This document shows, in pieces, positions 1-8,914 of a stretch of 64,000 nucleotides of DNA. Each line of letters starts with the position of its first letter. Position 1 is the first letter of the stretch. The position numbers and the translations under genes are program-made. Where the stretch lies: IMG/VR virus record IMGVR_UViG_3300025809_001850, one strand, 5' to 3'. A model generated the notes under the pieces. That model was not told the DNA's origin and made no database searches. It saw only the letters and a program-made list of their open reading frames with translations. This DNA comes from a virus. Taxonomy: Duplodnaviria; Caudoviricetes.

Positions 1-2
1 AT

Positions 3-563
3 ACTAATTATGAAGGAGCATTAAGTGAAGCAATAAATGATCTAAACGAAAGTGTTTTACCAAAAGCATTATATTCAGAATTGGAACATGGTGAAGAAGC
101 ACTTAATGCACTTGTTAAAAATACACGTGGAGATAGACCAGGTGCTCCTGACAAGGTAATGGTAAAGTATTATAATGCACACAGAAAGTTAAAGTCGGTG
201 ATTGAAAAGCATTTACACAGAGAATACCCAGATTGGGAAAAACGAATGGAAGAGGATATCAAAAATTCCAAAAAGAGTAAAGTTAATCTTGTTAAAGCAT
301 TAAAGAAGTTTAAGAAAGGTGCAAGTGTTCATTACTTTCCACTATCAGGTGGAAACTATGTAATGGTAGGACCAAAAGGAGTTCAAACCAAAGACAACGA
401 AGCAGTTGATGTGAAAATCAGAGACGTCGGAACATACGATGCAGACAATCCAAATCAAGTAAGTGTCGGAATTGAATTGAGCAATGGTCACGAAGCAACT
501 TGGAACGGAAAAGAATTTGAAATTGATGACCTCGGTTGTCCATTAATATTGGGAAAAGGATAA
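3..563 (+). CDS. hypothetical phage protein, 5' truncated by window edge
   Basis: Frame is open from base 3 (TNYEGALSEAINDLNES...) into the 81..563 ORF; the TTG at 81 is internal. Confidence 0.65.
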   Translation, partial: TNYEGALSEAINDLNESVLPKALYSELEHGEEALNALVKNTRGDRPGAPDKVMVKYYNAHRKLKSVIEKHLHREYPDWEKRMEEDIKNSKKSKVNLVKALKKFKKGASVHYFPLSGGNYVMVGPKGVQTKDNEAVDVKIRDVGTYDADNPNQVSVGIELSNGHEATWNGKEFEIDDLGCPLILGKG

Positions 564-567
564 TACA

Positions 568-1077
568 ATGAAAAAAACAGAACTTAAACAACTTATTAAA
601 CAAGAACTTGAAGAAGCAGTAGTCGCAGAACACGACAAAGCAAAAGTATTAAAAGCAATGCTCAAAGCAGGATCAAACAAAGCAGAAGCACAAGCACTAT
701 TAAAAAAGCATTATGCGTATGTTGATAAAAAGTATGCTGATTCACCTGCAAGCAAAAAAGCAGAAATCATTGTAACACTTGCAGGTACTGCATCTGAATC
801 AAACATCAAAGAAGTCGTCTCGAAATATGACATAGATCTTAATATACTAGCAAAGTTTACTGATCAAAATCAGCATATTCTTGCTCGTCATTATATCGCA
901 AAGAAACGTGGTTACACAAAACTCGTTCTTGCGTATAAAGCATTATATGATCTTCAAAGTGCGTTGGGTCATTTTCCAAGAGGAGCAGATAAAGTTCGTT
1001 CAGATTTAGACAAGGATTTAAAAAAGTATCTATCAAAAGATGTTGATAATTGGAAAGATGTTTGGGAAGAACTATGA
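568..1077 (+). CDS. hypothetical protein, possible virion-internal protein (MKKTELKQLI N-terminus)
   Basis: 169 aa ORF; N-terminus nearly matches that of 1311..1658. Confidence 0.7.
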   Translation: MKKTELKQLIKQELEEAVVAEHDKAKVLKAMLKAGSNKAEAQALLKKHYAYVDKKYADSPASKKAEIIVTLAGTASESNIKEVVSKYDIDLNILAKFTDQNQHILARHYIAKKRGYTKLVLAYKALYDLQSALGHFPRGADKVRSDLDKDLKKYLSKDVDNWKDVWEEL

Positions 1078-1307
1078 TTAAATTAAAAACATTGTTGGAA
1101 TATCCTTATACTCGTTGGAAAGTTCATGTAAAACTTAAAACTGAAAAAGGAAAGTCATTTGACTATAAACCCATTATGTTAAGTAAAAATCAACCAAACA
1201 AAAGAAAAGCACTTGATCACGCAAAAGAACAATGGACGCAGGACTACGAAACCAAACACGGTAAAATAAAAACTGCTAAGATTTATGTAATTTTTAATGC
1301 AAGTTAG
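1074..1307 (+). CDS. hypothetical protein
   Basis: ATGA overlap with upstream stop; MIKLKTLLE start. Confidence 0.65.
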   Translation: MIKLKTLLEYPYTRWKVHVKLKTEKGKSFDYKPIMLSKNQPNKRKALDHAKEQWTQDYETKHGKIKTAKIYVIFNAS

Positions 1308-1310
1308 GTT

Positions 1311-1658
1311 ATGAAAAAATCAGAATTAAAACAAATCATCCGTGAAATTCTGAACGAAGATTTGCGTAATTGGTTCAAAAAGAAATGGGTCAACATTGGT
1401 AAAAAAGACAAAGACGGAAAACATCCTCCATGTGGTACAAGTGGTGACAAACGAGGATATGCTAAATGTGTTCCTCAAGCAACTGCCAGCAAAATGTCTG
1501 ACAAAGAAAAAGAAAGTGCAACTCGTAGAAAACGGGCTGCCCAAAATGATGCTGATCGGGGTGGAAAAGAATCATCAGGTCAAGGCAAGAAACCTATTAG
1601 TGTCAGCACCTATACAAAGAAAAGTGGCAAAAAAAGTGGAACAGGAAACGGATCGTGA
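1311..1658 (+). CDS. basic conserved phage hypothetical protein
   Basis: WFKKKWVNIG...HPPCG...YAKCVP motifs, which I recall from large phages; MKKSELKQII N-terminus. Confidence 0.7.
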   Translation: MKKSELKQIIREILNEDLRNWFKKKWVNIGKKDKDGKHPPCGTSGDKRGYAKCVPQATASKMSDKEKESATRRKRAAQNDADRGGKESSGQGKKPISVSTYTKKSGKKSGTGNGS

Positions 1659-1993
1659 ACGAAGAATGGAGCAACGATCAAAAAAAGAAAATTGACTGCA
1701 ACAATCCAAAAGGATTCAGTCAAAAAGCACATTGTGCAGGTCGTAAAAAACGACAAGCAGGAAAACAAACCAAATCAAAACCTGTGAAAGAATTTATGGA
1801 AAAGAAAACAATAGAAGAAAGATTACAATTATTTTTAGAAAAAAACGTTCCCACTTCTCCAAGCAAGTGGTCATATTGGATTGGCCAAGCAAAAAAGAAA
1901 TTTGATGTTTATCCTTCAGCTTACGCAAATGGTTGGGCTGCCAAAATGTACAAAGGTGCAGGTGGCAAGTGGAAAACAGAATCAAAGAAGTAA
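1655..1993 (+). CDS. conserved phage hypothetical protein (DUF5872-like)
   Basis: GTG start overlapping upstream stop; NPKGFSQKAHCAGR and AKKKFDVYPSAYANGWA motifs. Confidence 0.6.
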   Translation: MNEEWSNDQKKKIDCNNPKGFSQKAHCAGRKKRQAGKQTKSKPVKEFMEKKTIEERLQLFLEKNVPTSPSKWSYWIGQAKKKFDVYPSAYANGWAAKMYKGAGGKWKTESKK

Positions 1994-2125
1994 ATTTTTT
2001 TGTAAAAGTTTATTTGTTCTTTAAAGAATTAATTATTCCTTCAAGAAAACCAAGAAATTTAGAGATCAATTGGATTCTAATGAAATTGGATGCGGAGATA
2101 CAACATTTACCAACATCAAAATCTA

Positions 2126-2317
2126 ATGAAAAAACTATGGTTGATATGGGCAAGAACGATTGATCACCGTGTCGGTAAAACTGATGACGATGAACCTGAT
2201 ATTCCAATTCTAACTCAGAATCAAGCAATAGCAAGTTTAATGCTTCGGACATTCATTATTTTGTTGAATGTTATTACTTGTTTCTTTATAATTGCTAATG
2301 CAATAAGACATTGGTGA
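2126..2317 (+). CDS. small membrane protein
   Basis: MKKLWLIWARTI...one hydrophobic helix...IANAIRHW; I recall similar small proteins in T4-like phages. Confidence 0.6.
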   Translation: MKKLWLIWARTIDHRVGKTDDDEPDIPILTQNQAIASLMLRTFIILLNVITCFFIIANAIRHW

Positions 2318-2335
2318 AGTTTAATAAAATAAGAC

Positions 2336-2364
2336 TTGACTTTTTATAATAATTGTGGTACAGT
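2336..2364 (+). promoter_or_regulatory. sigma70-type early promoter (repeat family)
   Basis: TTGACT-17 nt-TACAGT with TGn extension. Confidence 0.75.
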
Positions 2365-2421
2365 GTATACATAATGAGAGACGGAAATACACAAACAATT
2401 AAATTTAATAACGAGAGAATT

Positions 2422-2625
2422 ATGAATAAAATACAAGTAAGAATCAAAAAGTGGTCAACCCACTTTTCAGTAAAAATCTTTGATCAAGAAAATGACTCAA
2501 CCGGTAACAACCGTCCAAGAGTTCGTACTTCATCAAGTCAGTCGTATCTTGATACGATAATGAAAGAAGAAGGTTTTTTTGACTGCAACGAAGGACAATT
2601 TCGTTTCAATGTTGTTTTTCAATAA
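2422..2625 (+). CDS. hypothetical early protein
   Basis: ORF downstream of promoter; alternative in-frame ATG at 2374. Confidence 0.55.
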   Translation: MNKIQVRIKKWSTHFSVKIFDQENDSTGNNRPRVRTSSSQSYLDTIMKEEGFFDCNEGQFRFNVVFQ

Positions 2626-2641
2626 ACACATAAAATAACAC

Positions 2642-2670
2642 TTGACTTTTTATAATAAATTTGGTATAGT
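2642..2670 (+). promoter_or_regulatory. sigma70-type early promoter (repeat family)
   Basis: TTGACT-17 nt-TATAGT. Confidence 0.8.
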
Positions 2671-2679
2671 ATAAACATA

Positions 2680-2784
2680 ATGAGAGATAACAACAAACCT
2701 AAAATTAAATTAACGGAACGAGAGAAACTACTACTCTATTTCAAGATGGGACCAGGTAGGTTCAAGACACATTTTACTGCTTAG
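2680..2784 (+). CDS. small hypothetical peptide (34 aa)
   Basis: MRDNNKPKIKLTEREKLLLYFKMGPGRFKTHFTA, starts 9 nt after the -10 box; below the ORF-track cutoff. Confidence 0.4.
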   Translation: MRDNNKPKIKLTEREKLLLYFKMGPGRFKTHFTA

Positions 2785-2796
2785 TCAAATATTATT

Positions 2797-3009
2797 ATGG
2801 AAAACATCAACAAATTTATTGAATACTGCAAAAGTTTCTATTTCGGTAGCAAAGCAGTTTATCCTTTACAGAATGCATCGCATCTTGATTTCGTTTATGC
2901 GTGTAATTTAGTCGCAAGAAGAACAGATATAGAGTTCGCAGCTGATTCTATTGATCGTGAACGAGTTCGTGATATTCTTGAATCAATAGGATTTAAAGAA
3001 GCAAAGTAA
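2797..3009 (+). CDS. hypothetical protein
   Basis: 70 aa ORF followed by a hairpin. Confidence 0.6.
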   Translation: MENINKFIEYCKSFYFGSKAVYPLQNASHLDFVYACNLVARRTDIEFAADSIDRERVRDILESIGFKEAK

Positions 3010-3023
3010 TTTACATACACTAT

Positions 3024-3236
3024 TTATTTTTGTGGGGTGTCCGCTGAGTATTCGGAGTTCACCCCCTTTTTTGTGTTTATTTGCTGACCTTGTTTTCCCC
3101 ATTTTTTCTGAAGATACTTACGTTCTTCTTTCCAGTCCTTAAAAGGTTTACCTCGCATCGCAAGCAAATCGCCGAGACTAACTTGTTCGTTGACTTCGGT
3201 TGGTGTTGTAGACTTGATTTTTTGTGGGACTTTCAT
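3024..3236 (-). CDS. hypothetical protein
   Basis: ATG at 3236 (MKVPQKIK...), basic 70 aa. Confidence 0.45.
   Translation of the reverse strand: MKVPQKIKSTTPTEVNEQVSLGDLLAMRGKPFKDWKEERKYLQKKWGKQGQQINTKKGVNSEYSADTPQK
3034..3072 (+). terminator. putative intrinsic terminator
   Basis: GGGGTG/CACCCC stem with inner TCCG/CGGA, followed by a T run. Confidence 0.5.
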
Positions 3237-3335
3237 ATCAATACACACAATACCAAAGATACCAAAATGTTGCAACAATTATTGCAATCGTTATACAAAC
3301 TGATAAAAAGGTATTAAAACTCACATAAATAATTA

Positions 3336-3527
3336 CTACTTTGCACAAGGAAATCTTCCGTAATTTCCCATTCCGTCATAATCCATTACATCACCTTTTA
3401 TTTCATTGAAGGTTTCGTAGTTTTTTGCAGATACAATTTTAACTGATTTTGTTGATTTTGATTTTCTGCTAAGAATACGAGAAAGTATGCGTATTGCAAA
3501 TGTATGTGGTAAACTTAATGTTGTCAT
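3336..3527 (-). CDS. hypothetical protein
   Basis: ATG at 3527 after an A-rich leader (MTTLSLPH...). Confidence 0.45.
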   Translation of the reverse strand: MTTLSLPHTFAIRILSRILSRKSKSTKSVKIVSAKNYETFNEIKGDVMDYDGMGNYGRFPCAK

Positions 3528-3608
3528 ATTTTTATTTTTATACAATGAAAGAAAAACGAAGAAAGTCTTAACCACTTTCTTCGTCTTAAACCACCGAATG
3601 TTTACCAT

Positions 3609-3707
3609 TTACATACCGAGTACATAAACAGCACCGCTGGAAATAGCAAATGTAATTACCGATACCATGAATCTTACGATTTTAAAGCATTGTTGATCTG
3701 TTAACAT
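3609..3707 (-). CDS. small membrane peptide (32 aa)
   Basis: MLTDQQCFKIVRFMVSVITFAISSGAVYVLGM; single hydrophobic helix. Confidence 0.4.
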   Translation of the reverse strand: MLTDQQCFKIVRFMVSVITFAISSGAVYVLGM

Positions 3708-3832
3708 TGTAGTGGTTCTTTCTATTGTTGTTTGTTGTGGATTTACGATGTTAAAGCATAAGTGCTTCAACAATATATATAACGATACAAAACTGCATTT
3801 GGTTCACAAAAAAAATCAATTTTTTTTGTGAG

Positions 3833-3861
3833 TTGACAGAATCCGTTGAGTATCATATTAT
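3833..3861 (+). promoter_or_regulatory. sigma70-type promoter
   Basis: TTGACA-17 nt-TATTAT upstream of 3884. Confidence 0.7.
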
Positions 3862-3883
3862 TAAATCCTAATTAAAAATAATC

Positions 3884-4162
3884 ATGCCTTACATAGATAA
3901 AACAGAACAAGCAAAGTACGATGCCAATAAACTTGAGCATTGTGGTATTCTAAATTACGCAATCAATCAGTTGATAAACGACTACATTGAGCAAAACGGA
4001 AAATGTTATCAAACATTTAACGATGTAACAGGAGCATTAGAAAATGCCAAGTTAGAAATTTATCGCAGACTGGTTGCTCCTTACGAAGATGAAAAAATTC
4101 TTGAAAATGGAGATGTTCCTCCGTATACAAATTACGATAAGTTTGCGAGTAAAAAATATTAA
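3884..4162 (+). CDS. conserved phage hypothetical protein
   Basis: MPYI...G.LNY.I...NDV.GALE.AKLEIYRR..APYED.KI.ENGDV pattern, common in phages. Confidence 0.75.
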   Translation: MPYIDKTEQAKYDANKLEHCGILNYAINQLINDYIEQNGKCYQTFNDVTGALENAKLEIYRRLVAPYEDEKILENGDVPPYTNYDKFASKKY

Positions 4163-4615
4163 ATGAGTTCTGTTCCGCAACAAGGAACTACGGGAGGAAC
4201 TCCAATTTTAGATAATAAACAATATCTTTACAGAAAATATCTGACGAAAAACGAGATATTTGAATTGGTATCACAGTGTGATGGTCAGATTTTTGGTGAA
4301 AGATCACCAAATGCTACCAACGATTACTATAAGATTGTGCCGTATTACCAAAATGTGCTTGAGAATGTCCGTAAAGGCATCGAAAACGATGCTTTGACCA
4401 ATAAGTGCATTGAGTATGCTCTTTATCTTCAAACGAATTCTAGCACTCTTCTTGACCTTCCACCGATAATTATAGTCAATGGTGGAGTCTGTGATGGTTC
4501 TCATAGATTGTCTGCTATTCATTTGTTATCAGAATACTATGACGTTGATAATTTTCGGTGGAATGCTTTTAAATTAAAAGTGGATTTTTATGTGGAAATG
4601 AAAAATAAGACTTGA
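4163..4615 (+). CDS. ParB/Sulfiredoxin-like domain protein
   Basis: PPIIIVNGGVCDGSHRLSA resembles the ParB-N DG.HR motif. Confidence 0.55.
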   Translation: MSSVPQQGTTGGTPILDNKQYLYRKYLTKNEIFELVSQCDGQIFGERSPNATNDYYKIVPYYQNVLENVRKGIENDALTNKCIEYALYLQTNSSTLLDLPPIIIVNGGVCDGSHRLSAIHLLSEYYDVDNFRWNAFKLKVDFYVEMKNKT

Positions 4616-4640
4616 CTTTTTATAATAATTGTTGTAGTAT
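4612..4640 (+). promoter_or_regulatory. sigma70-type early promoter (repeat family)
   Basis: TTGACT-17 nt-TAGTAT. Confidence 0.75.
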
Positions 4641-4649
4641 AAAAGAACA

Positions 4650-4958
4650 ATGAGAGTTAAAAGTATATTAGTTTTTCTGATAACATTATTCGTTACAGAA
4701 ACTTCAATCAACGCAAAATCTATATTAGATAGATACAACTCCGGAGGTACACCAAAACTTCGGCAAATGAAAAAGACAGATTTGGCAACTATATACAGTT
4801 CAAGTTCTCATGCCCGTGCATTAGAAGCACAAAAACGAGCATATCGTTCTTCTGCAAAAGCAAATGCAAGAGTGTTCGGTGGTCGGAAAGAGCATCCCAA
4901 ATACAAAAGTGCTTCTCCTTACATTTTGTATCAAAAAACATTTCCACCACAAAAATAA
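4650..4958 (+). CDS. hypothetical exported protein
   Basis: Signal-peptide-like N-terminus MRVKSILVFLITLFV; basic mature part. Confidence 0.6.
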   Translation: MRVKSILVFLITLFVTETSINAKSILDRYNSGGTPKLRQMKKTDLATIYSSSSHARALEAQKRAYRSSAKANARVFGGRKEHPKYKSASPYILYQKTFPPQK

Positions 4959-4961
4959 AGC

Positions 4962-4990
4962 TTGACTTTTTATAAGAAATTTGGTAAGAT
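4962..4990 (+). promoter_or_regulatory. sigma70-type early promoter (repeat family)
   Basis: TTGACT-17 nt-TAAGAT. Confidence 0.7.
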
Positions 4991-5179
4991 ACTTGTATGA
5001 TGATGAGAGAAGAAGTGGTTCAAAAAAGGAGATACCAAGTTTAAGTGGCACGTCCTGATCAAATTCGTTTTCACACAAAATGCATTTGGCAACACATCAA
5101 ACACAATCATCTTAACAAAATTGCATTTCATATAAAAGGAATTTACAGAGCAATATTCAATATAGATAATCAATAAGAT

Positions 5180-5449
5180 ATGGACTACGACTACAAACAA
5201 CTTCACTTTAATGCAGAACTCGGACAAGAACCTTGGGTTGTTAAAGGATACAAGCACGATGGATATTCATCAAATAGTGTTTGTGCCGGAATGACCAAAA
5301 TAGATTTTCTTGAAAGTTACGAATCAGAAGAACGTGCGATTGATGCTCACCCGGAACTTGGAACTGAGAATGATGACAGTTGTTATGGTTCTGATTTTCT
5401 TGACGAACCACTCAAGGATGTTAGTCACATTTCAAATACGGAATGCTAA
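5180..5449 (+). CDS. hypothetical acidic protein
   Basis: 89 aa ORF, codon usage matches neighbours. Confidence 0.6.
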   Translation: MDYDYKQLHFNAELGQEPWVVKGYKHDGYSSNSVCAGMTKIDFLESYESEERAIDAHPELGTENDDSCYGSDFLDEPLKDVSHISNTEC

Positions 5450-5718
5450 CAATGACTTTTTCCCAATCACAAGAACACTACGATCATGTTTTCGGATCGC
5501 AATACGATGATACACGAGAACGATACGCATCTGAACTTGAAGACCTTAAAGCAGATAGTTTAGCATACGAAGAAGAAATGCGATATCGTCAGATTATTGT
5601 AGACGCAGGATATCCAGGAACTTTAGAAGGAATGGATGAATACGAAGCAATGTGGAAGAGATCACTTGAGTATGCAAAAAGTGGAGCAATTGATGATTTA
5701 CTTGAAGATAATGCTTGA
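5443..5718 (+). CDS. hypothetical acidic protein
   Basis: 91 aa ORF overlapping the previous stop. Confidence 0.6.
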   Translation: MLTMTFSQSQEHYDHVFGSQYDDTRERYASELEDLKADSLAYEEEMRYRQIIVDAGYPGTLEGMDEYEAMWKRSLEYAKSGAIDDLLEDNA

Positions 5719-5743
5719 CTTATTATAATAAGTGTGGTAGTAT
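5715..5743 (+). promoter_or_regulatory. sigma70-type early promoter (repeat family)
   Basis: TTGACT-17 nt-TAGTAT with TGn extension. Confidence 0.75.
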
Positions 5744-5789
5744 ACTTGTATTGAGAGTGAGAAAAGAGAACAAGAAAAAAGAGAGAAAA

Positions 5790-6275
5790 ATGAAATTTAC
5801 AAAAACTAGAAAGTCTGATTGGTTTTCGCAACCTACTATGGCAGGACATGAGTGGTGCAAAGATACTATTTTCCTTGCAGAAGAAATTTTCACCAAGTAT
5901 GCAAAAACCAAACGTACTAAAGCACTTGCCAATTATGTTATCAAAGATATTCCCGAGTGGCATTATTGGCATAGCATTTCTAAGAAGGAATTGAATTTGC
6001 TTCGTTGGGTATTGCGTAGAATAGACAAAGCATTTACTGAAACGGGTGGTCTTACAAATTTGCTTGCGATGTATCAAAGTCGCACCGGTTGTCTTAAAGG
6101 TCGGATAGATTGGGTTCTTGAACATCTTGCTTACACTTATGATAAGTCTGCAAGGGTAAAGGATTATGCAAGTAATATGGGATTTTGGGGAATGACTAAA
6201 AAAGAATCAACGAACCGATTAACAGAGTATCAAAAGAATTTGGTTCAAAAACACGACGTAGAAAAAGTAGCATAA
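5790..6275 (+). CDS. hypothetical protein
   Basis: ATG 5790 after a purine-rich leader downstream of the promoter; 161 aa. Confidence 0.65.
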   Translation: MKFTKTRKSDWFSQPTMAGHEWCKDTIFLAEEIFTKYAKTKRTKALANYVIKDIPEWHYWHSISKKELNLLRWVLRRIDKAFTETGGLTNLLAMYQSRTGCLKGRIDWVLEHLAYTYDKSARVKDYASNMGFWGMTKKESTNRLTEYQKNLVQKHDVEKVA

Positions 6276-6494
6276 ATGAGAGAAACAAGAAAATTTGATA
6301 TTAATATTAACGATCATCGTTTTATCGGTGAAGAAGAATATGGAGGAAAAATTTACATCAACCAAGTGTTCATTAAAAACAAAGAAATTGGTCTTTGGAA
6401 CAAACGAATTGGTTATGCACTTTCTGCAAAACGACTTGAAAATTGGGAAACTCAAGTTGCAAATTATTTTAAAATGGAATCCATATCAGTATGA
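6276..6494 (+). CDS. hypothetical protein
   Basis: 72 aa, abuts upstream stop. Confidence 0.6.
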   Translation: MRETRKFDININDHRFIGEEEYGGKIYINQVFIKNKEIGLWNKRIGYALSAKRLENWETQVANYFKMESISV

Positions 6495-6586
6495 ACAAAC
6501 ACAATACGTGCTTCATTGAATATTTTACATTAGCAGTAATTTTTACATCCATTGCATTGGTAGCATTAACTATATCAGGAAACTAA
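6491..6586 (+). CDS. small membrane peptide (31 aa)
   Basis: ATGA overlap; MNKHNTCFIEYFTLAVIFTSIALVALTISGN. Confidence 0.4.
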   Translation: MNKHNTCFIEYFTLAVIFTSIALVALTISGN

Positions 6587-6587
6587 G

Positions 6588-6854
6588 ATGGATATTGAAG
6601 CAAGAAGTTTAAAGTACGTAGAGTTTCATATGTTTGAAACATTTGGTCCTGTATTTTTAAACCAAATGCAAATAGATGGTTTATGGCATGATGATGAAGG
6701 TCTTCCGAGATACGAATGTGTTGTTGAAAATATTAAAGGTCAAACTGGTACACCAATTAGTTATTTGTTTCCTCCGTTTGATCCTGAGTGTGATCAATAC
6801 GACACCTATAATTTCGGAGAAAACGATGAAGATGAAAAACTTGATGATGATTGA
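6588..6854 (+). CDS. hypothetical acidic protein
   Basis: 88 aa ORF in operon. Confidence 0.6.
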   Translation: MDIEARSLKYVEFHMFETFGPVFLNQMQIDGLWHDDEGLPRYECVVENIKGQTGTPISYLFPPFDPECDQYDTYNFGENDEDEKLDDD

Positions 6855-6885
6855 CATACCAATGGTAATTCTGTAATATAATACA

Positions 6886-7620
6886 ATGATTTCACACGAT
6901 ACAATAGATAATCACGCAAAATTAATTGCATTTCAAATTTACGATGCAATTGAAACGAAAAAACAAAATAACGAACATCTAGTTTTGGGACTAGCAACAG
7001 GATCAACTCCAATTCCGTTGTATCAAGAATTGATTCGTTTGCATCAAGAAGCAAATCTTTCTTTTGAAAATGTTTACACATTTAATCTCGATGAATATTG
7101 TGGATTATCAGAAAATCATCCTGAATCTTACAATCACTTTATGCACAAACATTTGTTTAATCATATTGATATTCCCAAGGAAAATATTTTCATTCCAAGT
7201 GGCAAAGTAGAACCTGTGTTTCTTAAAGATTATTGTGTTGGATATGAAAAAGCAATTCAAGAACTTGGAGGTCTTGATATTCAGATTTTAGGAATCGGAA
7301 GAAATGGTCATATTGGATTCAATGAACCAGGAAGTTCAGGTGTAAGTATCACTCGCAAAATAGAACTACATCATGTCACCAAACGAGATGCATCTTCTGC
7401 ATTCGGTGGATTTGATTTAGTTCCGAGTCATGCAATTACAATGGGAATGAAAACAATTTTATCTGCCAAGAAAATTTATTTAATGGCATTTGGAGAAGGC
7501 AAAAAACAAGCAATCAAACAAGCAATTCTCGGTGACATCACCGATGAATTGCCCGCAAGTTTTCTTCAACATCACGACAATGTATCATATTGTTTAGACT
7601 TTAATATAGACACAAAATGA
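6886..7620 (+). CDS. nagB: glucosamine-6-phosphate deaminase
   Basis: LGLATGSTP, TFNLDEY, GGLDIQILGIGRNGHIGFNEPGS and AITMG signatures. Confidence 0.95.
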   Translation: MISHDTIDNHAKLIAFQIYDAIETKKQNNEHLVLGLATGSTPIPLYQELIRLHQEANLSFENVYTFNLDEYCGLSENHPESYNHFMHKHLFNHIDIPKENIFIPSGKVEPVFLKDYCVGYEKAIQELGGLDIQILGIGRNGHIGFNEPGSSGVSITRKIELHHVTKRDASSAFGGFDLVPSHAITMGMKTILSAKKIYLMAFGEGKKQAIKQAILGDITDELPASFLQHHDNVSYCLDFNIDTK

Positions 7621-7823
7621 CCGATTACGACACAGAAAATATAACCGAAATTTTACATGGAACTGGAACTTGGTTTACTGCCGAATTGTTTAGATTGATT
7701 GCAAAATCGGATAATATAAATCGTGCGAAATTAGCACTCGTATATCCACAAGAAGTGAATGTGGTACATCAGCACCTAACAGGCAAAACAATTTACGAAG
7801 ATCGTAATCTTGTTTTATCATAG
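7617..7823 (+). CDS. hypothetical protein
   Basis: ATGA overlap; FT..LFRLIAKSD..N..KL...YP motif. Confidence 0.65.
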   Translation: MTDYDTENITEILHGTGTWFTAELFRLIAKSDNINRAKLALVYPQEVNVVHQHLTGKTIYEDRNLVLS

Positions 7824-7843
7824 AATACAGAAAGACAACGAAC

Positions 7844-8077
7844 ATGAAATTGTTTAAACGCAATAAAAAATATCAACTAGTTACCAAAAACACTTGGGGA
7901 AACACAGAAATCGCAGAATTGGTTCTTGAAGGAACTGAATCAGAAATCAAAGCATATGCAAAAAAAGCATCATTCGCATGGGAAGCAGATGATTCAAAAG
8001 TAGGTGGTGGAAGTTTCACTCGTAGCATTGACGGATATCGTAAACAAACTTACGAAATAATTGAAAAGGTAAACTGA
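7844..8077 (+). CDS. hypothetical protein
   Basis: 77 aa ORF. Confidence 0.6.
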   Translation: MKLFKRNKKYQLVTKNTWGNTEIAELVLEGTESEIKAYAKKASFAWEADDSKVGGGSFTRSIDGYRKQTYEIIEKVN

Positions 8078-8178
8078 TTATCAAGTGATCAAATTGCGAA
8101 TAGAACGACATGATCCTGATTACTCCAAGGACGAACTTGTTAACATTGAAGAAACATTATCAGTAACCGTATAAAAAT

Positions 8179-8514
8179 ATGATATCAGTAAGAATAGAAC
8201 GACACGCAACAAATTATTGTGAAGATGTATTAGACAATTGCCAACACGCAGATTTCTTTTTCAGCAATGGATATTTAGCAACTTGCTATCACAACGAGGA
8301 GCATATGATAACCGAATATTATCAAAAACCAATGGATGTACACTTGTTTGGACCCGACAAAGAAACTGAATTGTGGGAACTTGCCGAAACAAACAAAATT
8401 GCTTACAATGAGTGGTCAGATAAACAAAAAATTGATGAAGAAATGATTACTGATGTTTTAGACTATTATGCACAAGGTGAACTCGTAACCGTAGAAGAAG
8501 ATTTTTATGAATAA
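8179..8514 (+). CDS. hypothetical acidic protein
   Basis: 111 aa ORF. Confidence 0.6.
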   Translation: MISVRIERHATNYCEDVLDNCQHADFFFSNGYLATCYHNEEHMITEYYQKPMDVHLFGPDKETELWELAETNKIAYNEWSDKQKIDEEMITDVLDYYAQGELVTVEEDFYE

Positions 8515-8911
8515 CATGAAATACCTATTGATACTACTATTCGCACTCGGAGGATGTGCAACCACGAAAAATATCCAACACGCCGAGACCTTTGATTTAA
8601 CTCAAATCGGAGAAATTTACTATCAAGCATATGATCATAAATGGAAAACTGATCCAACCATCAATCCTGCATTTGATACCAAATCAGAAGCATATGAATA
8701 TGCTAATATGTACAACGAAAATAATGCTCATATGTACATCGTTAGAATGATCAATTATCGGTATGAGATTCGTATCACAAATCCATCAAACAACGAATTA
8801 CTGTACACTTCCAACGACTTCAAAGATGCAGTTGATTATGTTGACGAATTTAAATCAGCACATGATGACTTGGTGCTTTACGACTTGAAGACCGGTAGAC
8901 AATACGAATAA
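8507..8911 (+). CDS. putative lipoprotein
   Basis: MKYLLILLFALGGC lipobox-like N-terminus. Confidence 0.6.
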   Translation: MNNMKYLLILLFALGGCATTKNIQHAETFDLTQIGEIYYQAYDHKWKTDPTINPAFDTKSEAYEYANMYNENNAHMYIVRMINYRYEIRITNPSNNELLYTSNDFKDAVDYVDEFKSAHDDLVLYDLKTGRQYE

Positions 8912-8914
8912 ACT

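Noticed and set aside
2750-2790. tRNA-like GGTTCAAG (also GTTCAAATCC inside the gdh genes)
   Set aside because: No cloverleaf or acceptor stem; sites fall within coding sequence.
2330-5760. Promoter repeats as a CRISPR array
   Set aside because: Spacing is 300-2000 bp with genes in between, and the repeats are -35/-10 promoter elements.
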